Below, in pieces: positions 21,850-35,671 of a DNA stretch of 64,000 bases. The notes beneath the pieces are model-generated. The model was given only the letters and a program-made list of their open reading frames with translations. It made no database searches and was not told the origin of the DNA. The stretch lies in contig CM097885.1 of the NCBI GenBank assembly GCA_044892525.1, positions 20,958,001-21,022,000 of the forward strand, given 5' to 3'. The stretch is from Schmidtea polychroa. Its lineage: Eukaryota. The position numbers were made by a program, and so were the translations under genes. Position 1 is the first letter of the stretch, and every line of letters begins with the position of its first letter.

Positions 21850-24800
21850 ATGTATATATTTTTAGGTATACTTTACCCAAATTATTGTTCGTCGAAAGAA
21901 CATAATAATAATTGCCATTCTATAATGGAGAATTATTACTCTAAAAAATATTATAATAAAACTTTTTTTATATGCCCCATATGTAAGACTAGTGACCCTG
22001 TAACATATAGAGTTTTTTATAATAAGCATAAACATCATTTAAATATGTTCAATTCTAAAAAAGATGTTATTTTTAAACGACCTTCAACTATTGAAATAAA
22101 TACTACTAATAAAAAAATTAAATTAAATACATTTGTTGAATCCCAGGTCGGATTAGTTGCTGAATCCAATGATGGATTGCCTTTTGTTGAATCCCAAGTC
22201 GGATTGCCTTTTGTTGAATCCCAGGTCGGATTAGTTGCTGAATCCAATGATGGATTGCCTTTTGTTGAATCCCAGGTCGGATTGCCTTTTGTTGAATCCC
22301 AGGTCGGATTAGTTGCTGAACCCTATGATGAATTTGATAATCTTTCACTCGACTCTTGGAATGTAGGTGAATCCAATGATGAATTGGATAATCTTTCACT
22401 CGACTCTTGGGATGGAACTACTAATGTACAAATAGGAGGTAATGCACCCATAGTACAAAAAGATCTAAGGGGTACACATCAAATTTTAGGTTTAAATACT
22501 AGTAACTTGAATATAAAGGAAATAATATTTCCAGAACAATTAATTATAAAATTACGAGATATTATTAACGAATTAGGCTCCGTCAAAATTCAATTCGGAA
22601 TAACAATCGAATTTGAAAAAGACGGGGAAATAAAGGTTAATAATATTTCGAATTACGCAAAACCTTTAACTGCCTTATTTTTTGACGAAGGCATTAGGGA
22701 ACTAAACGAGAAAATAAGTAATATCACAGAGTTAGGAAGTAGCTGGATCATAAAAAAAATAACAGAAATTCACTTCACCATAACAAAGATAAGTAGGCTA
22801 AGTAGATTAAGTGGTAGGAGTTTCATTGAACTACCTACTTGTCTAAAAAATAAAAAATGCTTAATTAATGTAAAAAACACCGATGATTCATGTTTTTTAT
22901 ATAGCATTTTAGCTATTTTAAAATATGATGAGGTTAGTAGTTATGCTAGAAATAGGACATCCAGTTATAATTTATCTGAGTTAATATATAATCCATTAGA
23001 CTTACCCATGAAATTAAAAGACATTAGAAAATTCGAGGCCAAAAATCCAGGCTTAATAATTAACGTTTTTTCTTATGATAATAACAAACAATTAACAGAT
23101 AATTACGTTTTAAAACACCCACATTTAGACATTATACATCGTTCTAAAGTTTTAAATGGAACAGTAATTAATTTACTATTATTAAATAAAGGGAACAATT
23201 TCCATTACGTTGCTATAAGCAATTTAAATAGGTTACTGAATTGTGATATCAACACTACTTGTCCTACACGCATACAATCATTATGGTGTCATCGATGTTT
23301 GAATGGTTTTAAAAATAGAAACGCACTAGAAAAACATGAAATATTATGCAAACGCAATCAATTAGGAACTACTCTTTATACTTTCCCTCAAAATAAATTC
23401 TTACAGTTTACTGACTGGTCGAAAACAGTAACTCCTCCTTTCGTAGTTTATGCCGATTTTGAGGCTATTTTACCTTGTGATAATGATCATTTTCAGCGAC
23501 ACATGCCAATATCTGCTGGTCTTTTACTAGTAAATAACTTTGACGGATCTAAATCTTATCAGCAGTTCATAGGTTTAGATTGCGTCGAGAGTTTTTTAAG
23601 TGCTATAGAGGATATAGCATTAAATAAGGTTCTTCCTTTTTATTATAAAATGGGTAGGAAACCAATGATTAAATTAACAAAAATTGAGCAACAACAATTC
23701 GTTAATTCAACGGTTTGTTATCTTTGTTTGAAATCTATCGTGGATCCTGTTAGAGATCACGATCATTTTACGGGCAAATACTTGGGTGCAGCTTGTAGCA
23801 CATGTAACGTAAATAGAAAAATAAATAAAATTTTGCCTATCGTATTTCACAACTTGAAGGGATACGATATGCATCATATACTTAAATATGGATTAAATAA
23901 ATTTAAAAATTGGAATTTAGGGTGCATCCCAATAACTACGGAAAAATTTATATCTTTGATTGCTCATTTAGGCAAAATTAGCCTAAGATTCATTGATTCA
24001 TATCAATTTGTCAATGATTCTTTGGCTAAAGCAGTCAAAACTTTGAATTCTTTGCCTTTTACTAATTCTGCTTTTTCTGGCACCATAGTAGGTGAAAAAG
24101 GAATCTTCCCTTATAATTTCGCCACTTCTTTAGATGTTCTACAAACTACGTATGAATTACCACCAATCTGGGAGGGTGTCACTGAGCTTGAGTATGAAAA
24201 AGCTCAGGAGATTTGGGTAGAATCTAATTGCCGAACTTTATTAGATTATATGATGATCTACCTAAAACTTGATTGTTTTCTTTTGGCTGATTTCTTTCAT
24301 CAGTTTAGGTTGAAATCAATTGCTCACAATAGATTAGAGCCTTTGAATTATTTCGGAATTCCAGGCATGTCTTGGTCTTCTGCATTAATGTCCTTAGACC
24401 AACCAATTGAACTCATAACTGAAAACGAAATGTTTAGCTTTTATGAGGGTGGAATAAGAGGCGGTCTTACTTTTGTGAATAAGCATTACGTAAAAACCGA
24501 CGAGAACACCGAGTTACTATATATAGATATTAATAATCTTTATGGCTGGGCTTTAAGTCAATCATTACCTTGTGGCGAATTTTGTTGGGTTCTTGATGGA
24601 TTAGATAAAATAATGGATGAATGTAGGAATTTAAATCTTGAATCTTTGTCTTATGGATACACTCTTGAAGTTGATCTTGTAATTCCTTCTGAGCTTCATG
24701 ATAAGTTGGATGATTTCCCTGTAGCTGCTGAAAAAATGAAACCTGCTGGTTCTAAGGTTGAAAAATTATTATTAACTCATCTTCCAAAATCTAATTATGT

Positions 24801-25929
24801 TATTCATTGGAGATTATTAAAATTATATTTGGAACTTGGTGTTAAAGTAACACGTGTAAATAGGGGTGTAAGATTTAAGCAATCACCAATTTTTAAAAAA
24901 TATATAGATACAAATACCGAATTAAGATCAAAAAGCGTAAATAGCTTAGATAAAAATTATTATAAATTGCTATATAACAGTTTATACGGCAAAACAGTTG
25001 AAAATTTAAAGAGAAGAATGAATCTTCGTCTTTGTACAACTGCCGGTAAATTAGTTAAATATTCGTCAAAACCGACTTTTAAAAAATCTATTAAAATAGC
25101 AGATAATTTAATTGCAGCACTATTGAATTCAGATTCTATATGTTTAGATAGACCGAGTTACATTGGTCAATCTGTACTTGATCTATCTAAACTTAGAATG
25201 TATGAATTGCAATATAAGGATCTGGAATCATTTCGCAATGAGTTTAATTGTAAAATTAATATCGTTGCAGGTGATACAGATTCTTTTTTCCTCGAAGTCA
25301 TTAACTGTAAACTTGAGGTTCTTTTACCTGCAATGATTCGAGATAATTTATTGGATACTTCCAATTACAATAGTTGTCATTCCTTATATAGTAAGAACCT
25401 TGATTCAGTCATTGGAAAGTTCAAAGACGAGAATAAAGGTTATAAATATAAGGAGTGGGTTTTTCTTAGACCTAAATGTTATAGCTTGTTGGGTAATGAG
25501 GAAACAAAAAAGGCTAAAGGTGTAACATTGAAAGGTAGTGACATAAAACATCAGTCATACCTGGATTGTTATAACACTAACCAGATTTTTTCGGTTCCTC
25601 AGACTAAAATAACAAGCAAAAATCATCAAATTTTTACAATTAAAAACACAAAAATAGCACTTACTAACAAAGATGACAAAAGGGTTTGGGTGGGGAAAAA
25701 TACTAGTCTTGCATATGGGCATGTAAGATTAAGTGAATTAAATATTGGAGAAAATGTTGGAGAAATTGTTGCAGAAAATGTTTCAGAAAATGTTGGAGAA
25801 AATGATGGAGAAGATGAGGAAGAATTAAATGAAGATTTTGGAGAAGATGAGGAAGAATTTAATGAAGAAAAAATGACATCGATATCGATGACGTTATTTT
25901 GTCTGATGAGGACTAATTTTATTGAATAA
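21850..25929 (+). CDS. polB: Protein-primed family B DNA polymerase with EndoVII-like insert
   Basis: YADFEA, FHNLKGYD, KGIFPY, YIDINNLYG, KLLYNSLYGK, GDTDS, LRPKCY, KGV; CxxC..DHDHFTGKYLGAAC..CN; probable late frameshift (ancestral end IDIDDVILSDED* at 25916). Confidence 0.96.
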   Translation: MYIFLGILYPNYCSSKEHNNNCHSIMENYYSKKYYNKTFFICPICKTSDPVTYRVFYNKHKHHLNMFNSKKDVIFKRPSTIEINTTNKKIKLNTFVESQVGLVAESNDGLPFVESQVGLPFVESQVGLVAESNDGLPFVESQVGLPFVESQVGLVAEPYDEFDNLSLDSWNVGESNDELDNLSLDSWDGTTNVQIGGNAPIVQKDLRGTHQILGLNTSNLNIKEIIFPEQLIIKLRDIINELGSVKIQFGITIEFEKDGEIKVNNISNYAKPLTALFFDEGIRELNEKISNITELGSSWIIKKITEIHFTITKISRLSRLSGRSFIELPTCLKNKKCLINVKNTDDSCFLYSILAILKYDEVSSYARNRTSSYNLSELIYNPLDLPMKLKDIRKFEAKNPGLIINVFSYDNNKQLTDNYVLKHPHLDIIHRSKVLNGTVINLLLLNKGNNFHYVAISNLNRLLNCDINTTCPTRIQSLWCHRCLNGFKNRNALEKHEILCKRNQLGTTLYTFPQNKFLQFTDWSKTVTPPFVVYADFEAILPCDNDHFQRHMPISAGLLLVNNFDGSKSYQQFIGLDCVESFLSAIEDIALNKVLPFYYKMGRKPMIKLTKIEQQQFVNSTVCYLCLKSIVDPVRDHDHFTGKYLGAACSTCNVNRKINKILPIVFHNLKGYDMHHILKYGLNKFKNWNLGCIPITTEKFISLIAHLGKISLRFIDSYQFVNDSLAKAVKTLNSLPFTNSAFSGTIVGEKGIFPYNFATSLDVLQTTYELPPIWEGVTELEYEKAQEIWVESNCRTLLDYMMIYLKLDCFLLADFFHQFRLKSIAHNRLEPLNYFGIPGMSWSSALMSLDQPIELITENEMFSFYEGGIRGGLTFVNKHYVKTDENTELLYIDINNLYGWALSQSLPCGEFCWVLDGLDKIMDECRNLNLESLSYGYTLEVDLVIPSELHDKLDDFPVAAEKMKPAGSKVEKLLLTHLPKSNYVIHWRLLKLYLELGVKVTRVNRGVRFKQSPIFKKYIDTNTELRSKSVNSLDKNYYKLLYNSLYGKTVENLKRRMNLRLCTTAGKLVKYSSKPTFKKSIKIADNLIAALLNSDSICLDRPSYIGQSVLDLSKLRMYELQYKDLESFRNEFNCKINIVAGDTDSFFLEVINCKLEVLLPAMIRDNLLDTSNYNSCHSLYSKNLDSVIGKFKDENKGYKYKEWVFLRPKCYSLLGNEETKKAKGVTLKGSDIKHQSYLDCYNTNQIFSVPQTKITSKNHQIFTIKNTKIALTNKDDKRVWVGKNTSLAYGHVRLSELNIGENVGEIVAENVSENVGENDGEDEEELNEDFGEDEEEFNEEKMTSISMTLFCLMRTNFIE

Positions 25930-26010
25930 ATTTTATATCTTTACATTTGTTAATTGTTTGTGTTTTATGTGTCTAGTTCATTTTTATGTATTTGGTCGAT
26001 TTATTATTAC

Positions 26011-26047
<37 letters not shown>

Positions 26048-27096
26048 TCATAAAAATTTCCATTAAAAATTAACTTAAAAAATTGTTTCATAAAAATTTC
26101 CATTAAAAATTACTTAAAAAATTATTTCATAAAAATTTCCATTAAAAATTACTTAAAAAATTATTCCATAAAAATTTTCATTAAAAAATTTCAATTCTCA
26201 AACACCTTCAACTTTTTGTTAATAAATTTTAAAATCTTACTTTAATTTACTTTAATTTACTTATTTAAAATTTTTTACCACTGATTACTTAATTTAAAAA
26301 TTTGGACCTTAATTAACTTTAATTTAATTTTTAGAACCATTATTTACTTTAATTTTAAAATTTGGACCATAATTTACTTTAATTTAATTTTTAGAACCAT
26401 AATTTACTTTAATTCAAAAATTTGGACCATAATTTACTTTAATTTAATTTTTAGAACCATTATTTACTTTAATTTAATTTTTAGGACCATAATTACCTTA
26501 TTTGAAAAATGTTGACCATAATTTACTTTAATTGAAAATATTTACCACGTTTTTTAGTGTAGACCACCTTTTTCTTAGGACCAAGGAGACTCACCTCACT
26601 ATAGTCTGAAAAATCCTTGGCTTTTTTAGTGTAGACCAGCTTTTTGTATTGAAAATATCCTGAGACCTTAAATTACCATGCTTTTTTATTGATAGTCGGA
26701 TTTTTGTATTGAAAATCCCAGGACCATCGAGACCCCTTCACTATAGCGTGAATAATCCATGCTTTTTTAGTGAGACCGCCTTTTTGTATTGAAAAAAAAT
26801 TTTTTTGTATTGAAAATCCCAGGACCATCGAGACCCCCTAACTATAGTGTGATAAATCCTTGACTTTTTTATTGATAGTCGGATTTTTGTATAGAAAAAA
26901 TTTTATTTGTATTGAAAATCCCAGGACCATCGTTTTTGTATTGAAAAATTTTTTTTGTATTGAAAATCCCAGGACCATCGAGACCCCCTCACTATAGTCT
27001 GAAAAATTGCGTAATCAAAAGTTGCAGCAAAAAAAGTTGCAGCAGAACCCCCCCCCCCCCGGGGGGGTTGCTGCAGTACGCTACTATCTACCTACT
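25923..27096 (-). repeat. Right TIR of Polinton 1
   Basis: Reverse complement of 7893-9131 with different module copy numbers. Confidence 0.92.
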
Positions 27097-27635
27097 TATA
27101 TACTATCTAAATTAATAAAATCGTATTAAAACAATTAATTGTAATTAATTTATTTCAATAATTATTTTGCATAAAAAATTTTTAATTAATATTATAATTT
27201 GATAAATCTCCATGACAATATTTTTTCTGAGTACTATGCAAGGGAAGAATAACTGAAATTAATTTCAAATATTAATAAAAGTGAGAATATATATTGAATA
27301 TCTAGTTAAAATTATAGAAATAATAATAATTGAAAAACATTTCTCCCAACAACTTGCTCATTCATTTATTTCCGTATTTAATGCGATGAATCATCTTTGG
27401 GAAATCTTTATATATTATCTTATTTCTCAAGAAGTCCCAAAATTAATCCCCACATTTGTGAGATTTCGTTTGTCGCTCGAAGGACTGCATATTTGTCATT
27501 AATTAAATATCTGTCATTTATTATTATCATCTACACTTGTTCTTAATTTCCCCTAGTTGCACAATATCCCTATAACTGTATTAATTAACATACTCAATAA
27601 TTAGATTATAATAAAAATAAATAATATAAAAAAAA

Positions 27636-27720
<85 letters not shown>
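27636..27720. repeat. (AAT)n joined head-to-head to (TAT)n microsatellite
   Basis: Visible directly; self-complementary around 27668. Confidence 0.9.
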
Positions 27721-30144
27721 GTAGAAAATGATGATTTCTTGTTAGTATTATAAATTAAATGTAAACCTTTGTAAATTGCACTGTAAGCCTTTATCAGTAT
27801 TCTCTCTTCTTGTCATTAAGTTATAATAATCATAATAGTTATAATGATTAATATAATAACTATAATAACCATAATAGCAAATAACTTGCAGTTAATTTTA
27901 TTTTTAAGAAACAGAAGTAAATAAGGTTACTAGAGGCTGTTTGAATTTTAACAAGGATTTATTAATACATTTTTTACAAAATGTGTGTCAAACTTTTACT
28001 AAAATTCGAACCCATTCTCAAACCCATTTAAAAAATCATCAAAATATTGAGTTATTAATAAGAAGTTTTACTTTCACAAGTAAACATCTTTTCATTTTTA
28101 TTTTTTAATTATAACAAAAATTTGTTCAGACGGAGATGAAAGTAATTTTAAAATTGTATGAATATATGTGATTATAAGATAAAACAATAGAAACCAATAT
28201 GTGACATTTTCATGTTCTTTATAATACCAATAATGTTATACTTTAATTAAGGATTTAAATAAAATAATTCTAAAATATAGTACTGTCTTTATCAAGGGTT
28301 ATTGATAAACATTTGATGTGTGAGGCATCGAAACTTTATTTGTGTCTTTTGTCATAATGTAATTTAATTAAATTAAAATAAACTGTTTGATCAAATTAAT
28401 GGATTCATAAGGTAAATTTTTCTATATTTTCTTTTATTATAGTAATAATAATTATAAGAGCTTTTTTTCAATTTTCACCACTGATTTCTTTTCAATTAAC
28501 ATTGTATTTATTAAAAGAATCGATATCGAATCAAAAAAACATCGATATCTTTAATGATTCATAGTCAAGTTTCTTAATAAGTCCAATGTTAATAATAATT
28601 ATTAATAATATACTTATAATTTCCATAATTTGAATTTTAAACATTAACAAAACCAAAAATAAAATTTTATATAATCTTATTACAAAAATTAATTACTTTT
28701 ACAAGATGGTTTTTATATTATTCCTCATTTTGAGCAACATATATGAAAATTATAAGTATATATTTAATAGGAAACTTGAAATAAAATCTACTAATTAATC
28801 GGAGTTAAAAATCTCAATAATGAGAAAATTAAATTTATTTAATGAAATTTAGTAAAAAAAGTATTTAATTTCCCATCCGTGGCTGATTCATTGCCTCAAA
28901 ATAGAACCAAGTCAGTCTCTGAGCAATGTATTTCAAAAGTCAGAATTTTTTTTTCATTTTATCTTTTTTACAAAAAATTACCCCGAAAAAATCGAAAGTA
29001 ATTTTTTCAACTAATTTTAATCTAATTTCTGTCGTATCCTCGAGAAATGATTAGATTTCTCACTGTGATTATTTGCAATGCAGATCACGATCTCCTCTCA
29101 GTGCCGCCGAATCGTGAAAATAAGTCCGTAAATGATTCGATAAGTCAACGAGTATTTTTCAATTACATAAACGATATACAATTTTTGTTTTAATGATTGT
29201 TTTTTTATTTTGTTTTTTATTATTGATTCTTTTTTTTCGTATTTATAAACATTCTGAAAAACTGGATAAAAAAAATCACTTTTCCTAGATTTAAATGAAG
29301 AAAATCTCATTGTAAAGTGATTTTAATGCATTTTAGAGAGTTCTAAAATAATTGAAATCAATGATGCTAGAAGAGCTGATTTTGTTTTGCTAGTTGTCTC
29401 GAAATCTGCGGGGAATTCAATTTGTAAACCAACACCACTTGAAAACGCTGGAATAATGTATAATTGATGTTGGAGATGAATGACAACTTTGATCGGTCGT
29501 TTGAAAGCTTTGCTCATATTTTTCTATTTTTACATTACTATAATAAATTGCACTGGTGATTTAGTTTGGCAATCCGGCTGATTCATTTTGTGAATATTTT
29601 TGATCGTTTTTTCCCTTTTCTCTCTTATGGAATATCGATTTTTTTTGTTAATATTTAATTGGTTCAATAATAAATTATATATTTTTTAAATATTAATTTG
29701 TTTCATTATTAATTTTATAGAAGGCCCTGAAGTCAACCTGAAGAAAAAATTATGTTACACAAACAGCAAAGCTTGGCATTTCGTTGAAAACTGTTGACTA
29801 GACAAAAATATTATGATAATTATTATTGTACTGAACCGTTGGTCTTCTAAGGGTTTAAAGAATAATAATAATAATAAAGTTTTATTGTGGAAAATATTTT
29901 AAAAATTATCCTAAAAATGTTTTTTAAAGGGATATTAATTGAAAGATAATATTTTAATTATGCTTGTGTGCATCCAATCAGGGTAAAGTGATTTTTGTCT
30001 TGATTTTACATATTCATATATTTCTTAGTTATTAGTATATTGTAAGTTTATGGTATTGTTAATACATTGCATATTTTAGATGTGCTATACAACCATAATT
30101 TAAATCAGTATATAGAAAGTATTTCAAAAATTAATCATATAACA

Positions 30145-32511
30145 CAGCGGATCTTAAACTGGGGGTCCGCCGGCTGCTGCAGAGGGTCCGCGAGCATATT
30201 ACTCACATTTATATTTAAAAATACGGAAATTTTTTCAAGTTTTTGGTTTTATTTTCTCTAAATTCTAATAGATTTGCAAATTGACATAAATCAAATCGAA
30301 ATAAATTCTTTAAAAAGAACAGCCATCTGCGTTAAAAACTAGTTTTTCTTTAAATTGATTTTTCTTTAAGTTAATTTTCCAGTGAAATCAGTTTACCAAC
30401 TATAATAAAAGTGACGACAAGTAATTGTTTTAAATAAAGGGTAAGAAATTTATAAATATAATCACTTTTATTAGTTATTCGGTACTATAATTATAATTTT
30501 ATGTTTTCTTAGTAATTATGGATCAATGGTTGAAATTTGGTAAGTTACCAAAATGCAAAAACGATCAACGAAACGATTCTTTGTGTTATTTGTCACTGCC
30601 ATTTGTCAAACGAATCGATGAAACCAGCAAAACTTCGCCGACATTTAGAATCGAAACATAAGGATTATGTAAACAAACCGGTTGAATATTTTAAAATGAA
30701 ATTACATGAACTACAAGCAAGCCAAAAATTGATTAAAAAACCCGTCACAGGAAGTAATAATGAACAAGCGGTACATGCATCATTTCAAGTGTCTCTCCTA
30801 GTAGCCAAATCTGGGAAACCCCACACTATCGCTGAAAATTTAATTTTTCCAGCTGCTAAAGCAATAGTCTCAACAATGATAGGAAGCAGAGCTGCCCAAG
30901 ACCTTCACTTTATCCCGCATTCAAACAACACAGTTAAAAATAGAATCAGTGAGATGTCCCAAAATATTAAGGACCAATTGATTGAACGTGTTTTGAAGAG
31001 TCAATTTTACTCATTGCAACTGGATGAAACTACAGATATTGCGAGCAACCCCAAATTTGCTCTCATTCATTAGATATGAATTTAGCGGTAAGATTTATGA
31101 AGATTTTTTGTTTTGCAAGTTGCTTCCAACACGGACAACTGGGGCTGAAATATTTCGCTTCTTGAACAACATTATAACAAACAATAAAATGGAGTGGTCA
31201 AAATGTATTGGAATGAGCACGGACGGTGCTCGAGCTATGAGTGGAACAATTCAGGGTCTTATGAATTTTGTTAAAACTGTAGCTCCCAATGTAGTTTGGA
31301 TACATTGTTGCAAACATCGCGAAGCACTTGCCACAAAGAAAATGCCAGATATTTTAAAAACTACTTTAAATGAAATTATATCTGTGGTAAATTTTATTAA
31401 AGCGCGTCTATTAAATTCTCGTCTTTTTCAAGTTTTATGCGAAGAAATTGGGAGTCAGCATAAACGTCTTCTTCATACAGAAGTACGTTAGTTGTCTCGT
31501 GGAAAGGTATTAAATAGAATTTTTGATCTGCGAGATGAAGTACGATTATTTTTGATGGAGAATGATAATTTCTATTTAAAAGATCGTTTTTTTTACTTTT
31601 CCCGGCTAGCTAAGGTGGGTTATTTGGCTGATATTCATTCGTACCTAAATGAATTAAATTTAAGTTTACAAGGTACTTCAATAAATATTTTTAAAGTAGA
31701 AGATAAAATAAAAGCAATAATGAAAAAAATGGATTTGTGGATAAGGAGATTAGCAAAAGAAATTATTGAACCCTTTCCGACACTTCATGAATTTGTAGAA
31801 AGTTCTGATGACAAACTGTCTGTCGAAGAAATTCAGATTTTAATTGAACATATAAAAATGTTAAAAGAATCTTTTAGAAATTATTTTCCTTCTACCACAT
31901 CAGACCATGAATGGTTTTGAGATCCATTTTGTTGCAAAAATATCGAAGTACAAAATTTGACAATTTCAGAGCAAGATGAACTTGCAGATTTATCATGCGA
32001 CAGCTCCTATAGGTTGGTTTTTAATGAGCATACTGTTGAAGAGTTTTGGTTGAAAGTTAAAAATGTATATCCAACATTAGCTAAAAAGCAATTAAATATT
32101 TACTTCCATTTTGTACAACGTATTTATGTGAAAGAGCTTTCTCGATGCTATTATACATGAAGAATAAATATCGAAATTGGTTGGAAGTTGAACCAGAATT
32201 AAGGATAAACATATCAAATATAGATCCTAATATTGCAATTCTAGTGTCACAAAAACAACACCATCCCTCACATGGTAAAAATTAAATATACATAATTTTA
32301 TATGTTATATCCAAATATTTTATTACTTCATTTTATTTGTTATTTATATATTGTGTTGTATCTCAGTGAATTATAAAAATACAGTAAATAAATTTTAATT
32401 TTACTTATAAACACTGTCTTAATTGGTTTATTGATGAATGAACTTTGGGGTCTGCCAAGAAATCTTTTGTCTCAAAGGGGTCCCGATGTTCACTAAGTTT
32501 AAGAACCGTTG
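30145..32511 (+). mobile_element. hAT Buster/Charlie-type transposon
   Basis: TIRs CAGCGGATCTTAAACT / AGTTTAAGAACCGTTG; 8-bp TSD ATATAACA on both sides. Confidence 0.92.
30519..32275 (+). pseudogene. Buster/ZBED5-like transposase with multiple frameshifts and stops
   Basis: CVIC..LSNESMKPAKLRRHL, KPHTIAE, QLDETTD, TDGA.AM.G, HC..HREAL, HTEVR*LSRG, C-terminal HPSH. Confidence 0.9.
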
Positions 32512-34639
32512 ATATAACAAAATACCAAGATTTTTCTTTTGATTTTGGAATTCGATTAAAATTATATTTACATGCTCAACTTTGATTGTTTTTAAGTCTT
32601 ATCATAAAACTCTTATGTAAAAGCAATAAAACTTATAAGAACTGTAATAACAATCAAACTTTAAATGCTTTAAACTATTTTTTAAATTAAAAACATGCTT
32701 AATTCGAATATGAATTCTAAAAAAGACAATTATTGATTTGATGTTTAAAATTGTGTCCGGGCTACATCAAAACGCTTCGCGGGCCACCGGTTGGCCATGG
32801 CTAATTTTAAGTCTCTTTGTTGTTTTTCTTTTAAATATATATAATTTTAATTTATTCTCTGTCATTAAATATTTCACCTTCTTTCATATTTTTGCAACAT
32901 AGATGCATCAAAGTAAAGATGAGAACAGAACATATTGTACAGTGTGAAAAATGCAATGGTCAATTTTCTATAGCGTACGATGTAAAAAATGATATAACTC
33001 AGATAATGTGTTAGTAGGACTATGAACAATGGGATATTTAGCTTGAAATCATGAGGAGGTTAATTTTTTTTCTTTTTTTTTCATTTTGAAATTAATATTT
33101 ATTTAACTTTTCGTTAAGTCTTTTTCTATCGATATTTTGCACTAATTTTTGCACTATCGAATGTCAATGAGATGGTTTTTTTGTCTCGATAAAAACAATA
33201 GAATTTTTCTCGATTAAAATGATTAAAAATAATTTTTGATGAAACAGCTTTAAGTATTATTTATCATTAAAATTTTAAAAAAATATTTTTCATGATTAAA
33301 AATCAAAGTAAATTTTCCTGAAAAATAGGCTTAATTTCTTAATGAAAACATTTTTTCTTTAATTAGAAACTAAAGTTTTCACAATAAAAATAAATTTATA
33401 AAATACAGATAAAAAAGCTTTACTGTAGTGTCCGACATGTTTTTTATGTCAATGCGAAGCATTTTTGTGAGGAGGTATTGTTGGGGGTTCAGTAGGAACC
33501 GGAACTAAAGGTATTAGGAAAGCTCTGAGTTAAATAAAAAATTAATTATTAATAGTATTAAATAATTACCAAAAATAGAATTAAAATTACTAAGTTTAGA
33601 ATTTAATTATAAATAGTAATAAACAATTACTATATTTAGATTTTTAACAAAAATAGTATTTAAATAAAAAAATAAGTAGTAAAATAGTAATTAAATAATT
33701 ACTATTAATAGAATAAATTAAATAAAAGTAGCATAAATATAATTATAAATTTTAGTTTGAAGGGAGAACAGACCATAAGAGAAAACTACAGAAATAATAA
33801 ACGAGTATTAAGGACGTTAAAGAAGAAAGCGAACAATAATTTTTAGAAGGCTCACAATAAGTGACTACAGTTAATTTTCAATTCAGATTGAGCACACATC
33901 TCAAGTTATCAAGCCTACTGTATTTATAAATTATCTTATTGGAATTAGTATCGATTGAAAGCTCTTAATACAATTGGAATTAAGTTCGACATAGATAACC
34001 ATTTTCGGGTTCATCTATATTCATCAAGGATAAATAATTAGTTAGTTATTATTGTTAAATATATTTACTTTTTAACAAATAAAGGGCACAGTCATCAGCC
34101 AACATTTTTTGTAGCTGTTTTGACTGTTTTAAATAAAACTATTAACCATTTATCTGGATTAATAGTATCGCGGTTAAATTTCGGGAATCCCCATCTTTGT
34201 CCTTTCACCTATATCGGGCTGTTGGCGCATTTAGGGCCAGCCTTGATTCTTTAAAATAATCTTTAGGGCGGTTTCTATAACCGATATCTATACTTCAGCT
34301 TGCAGCTAGTTATTTTTGGGATTATTTGCTTATCATTTTTGTGTTTAATACATATTTCGTTTTAATAAAACTTTAAATCATATTGTTATTTATTTATTTA
34401 ATATTCACGCGCAACCTAACATATAATTGTGGAGATCGAACTACCCATCGAACCTAACAGCGAAAATAGATTTTTATTTTTAAACACAATTATTAATCTA
34501 GTTTTTACTTTATTGATTACAATCTCAAAAATAAGACCGAGTCTTATCATAAATTTACCTCCAAAAGAAACATTAGGGCTTATTTTCAGAGTTGTCTTAT
34601 TTTTTCAAGTATAAAAATCTTACTTCTTTTAAATACAGC

Positions 34640-35671
34640 AAACCTTTTACAACGCTCACATACTGCATCATGAAAAAATCGAAGCGTGACCATTTATGTC
34701 TATGCATGACTGAATTTTCACGCGTTCCCTTTCACACTTAAGTCTTCACACAATTTCATACCCAAAGCTACAAGGAGATAAAAGCAGCTTTGTCTGATGC
34801 AGGTGCCGATGTAAGCCAAATACCAGTTGCCAAAGCAGAGGCTAAAGCGTTAGTAAAAAAATTGGAGTGGTACGAGATAGCTCTAATGACATTATTATAG
34901 AATTCGTTGCTGCAAAGAATAAATGCAACCAGTAAATCTCTGCTGGATCAAAGACTTTGTCTGTCGAAGATAGTTGAATTGTTTAATTCGTTAACAATTT
35001 TTTTAAACCGTCAGAAAAAATTGAGACGGAGGCAAGACATATACTTAGTATTGAAAACGATGGCACTGCGTATGAAGATAAACTGCCAAGAAAACGTACC
35101 TTGTTTTTGGACGAAATTGCCGAGAATGACGTCATGACTAAAGAACTGGAAAAATTCATTGTTGGCACTTTGAATGTAGTTTGTGAAAAGTTAGTTGTGA
35201 AGCTTAGAAACCGCCTGAAAGACTATGAAGACATAAATGGCCGATTTGGAACATTTTTTTGCAAATGATCAATCTAACAACGGGAGTAATAGAAACATGA
35301 TGAAAACTTTGATGGATACATACAAGGATGACATTGACTGTGACATGTTTCGAGGATGAGCTTGATCAATTTATGATCCTTGCAAGAAATGAAAACATCA
35401 CAAATTCCATCGATATGTATAAGTTCTTGGTCTGCAGTCTACAGTTCCAAATGTCGAAACAATTTTGGTTATCTACCTTAGGATACCAAAAAGTAATGCT
35501 TCTGGAGAACGACCGTTTTCTGTACTTAAAAGAGTGAAAAATTACACCAGGAATTCGATTGATCAAGATCGGCAAGGTAATTTAGCATTGCTGTGCATCG
35601 AATATGCTCAAACAGAGAAGGTAGACTTTGACGATTTTTCTAAGCTCAAATGCAGAAAGAAAGCACTATAG
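34640..35671 (+). pseudogene. Decayed hAT transposase, C-terminal half
   Basis: SNASGERPFSVLKRVKNYTRNSIDQDR..NLALLCIE dimerization motif; LLQRINATSKSL. Confidence 0.7.

Larger units (their letters stand above)
7893..27096. mobile_element. Complete Polinton/Maverick (adintovirus-like) element 1
   Basis: Termini AGTAGGTAGATAGTAGC / GCTACTATCTACCTACT; 6-bp TSD TATATA (7887-7892, 27097-27102); long TIRs; pPolB, integrase, ATPase, protease and capsid genes. Confidence 0.97.

Noticed and set aside
29040..29520. Short coding-like ORFs
   Set aside because: No recognisable homology or convincing splice structure
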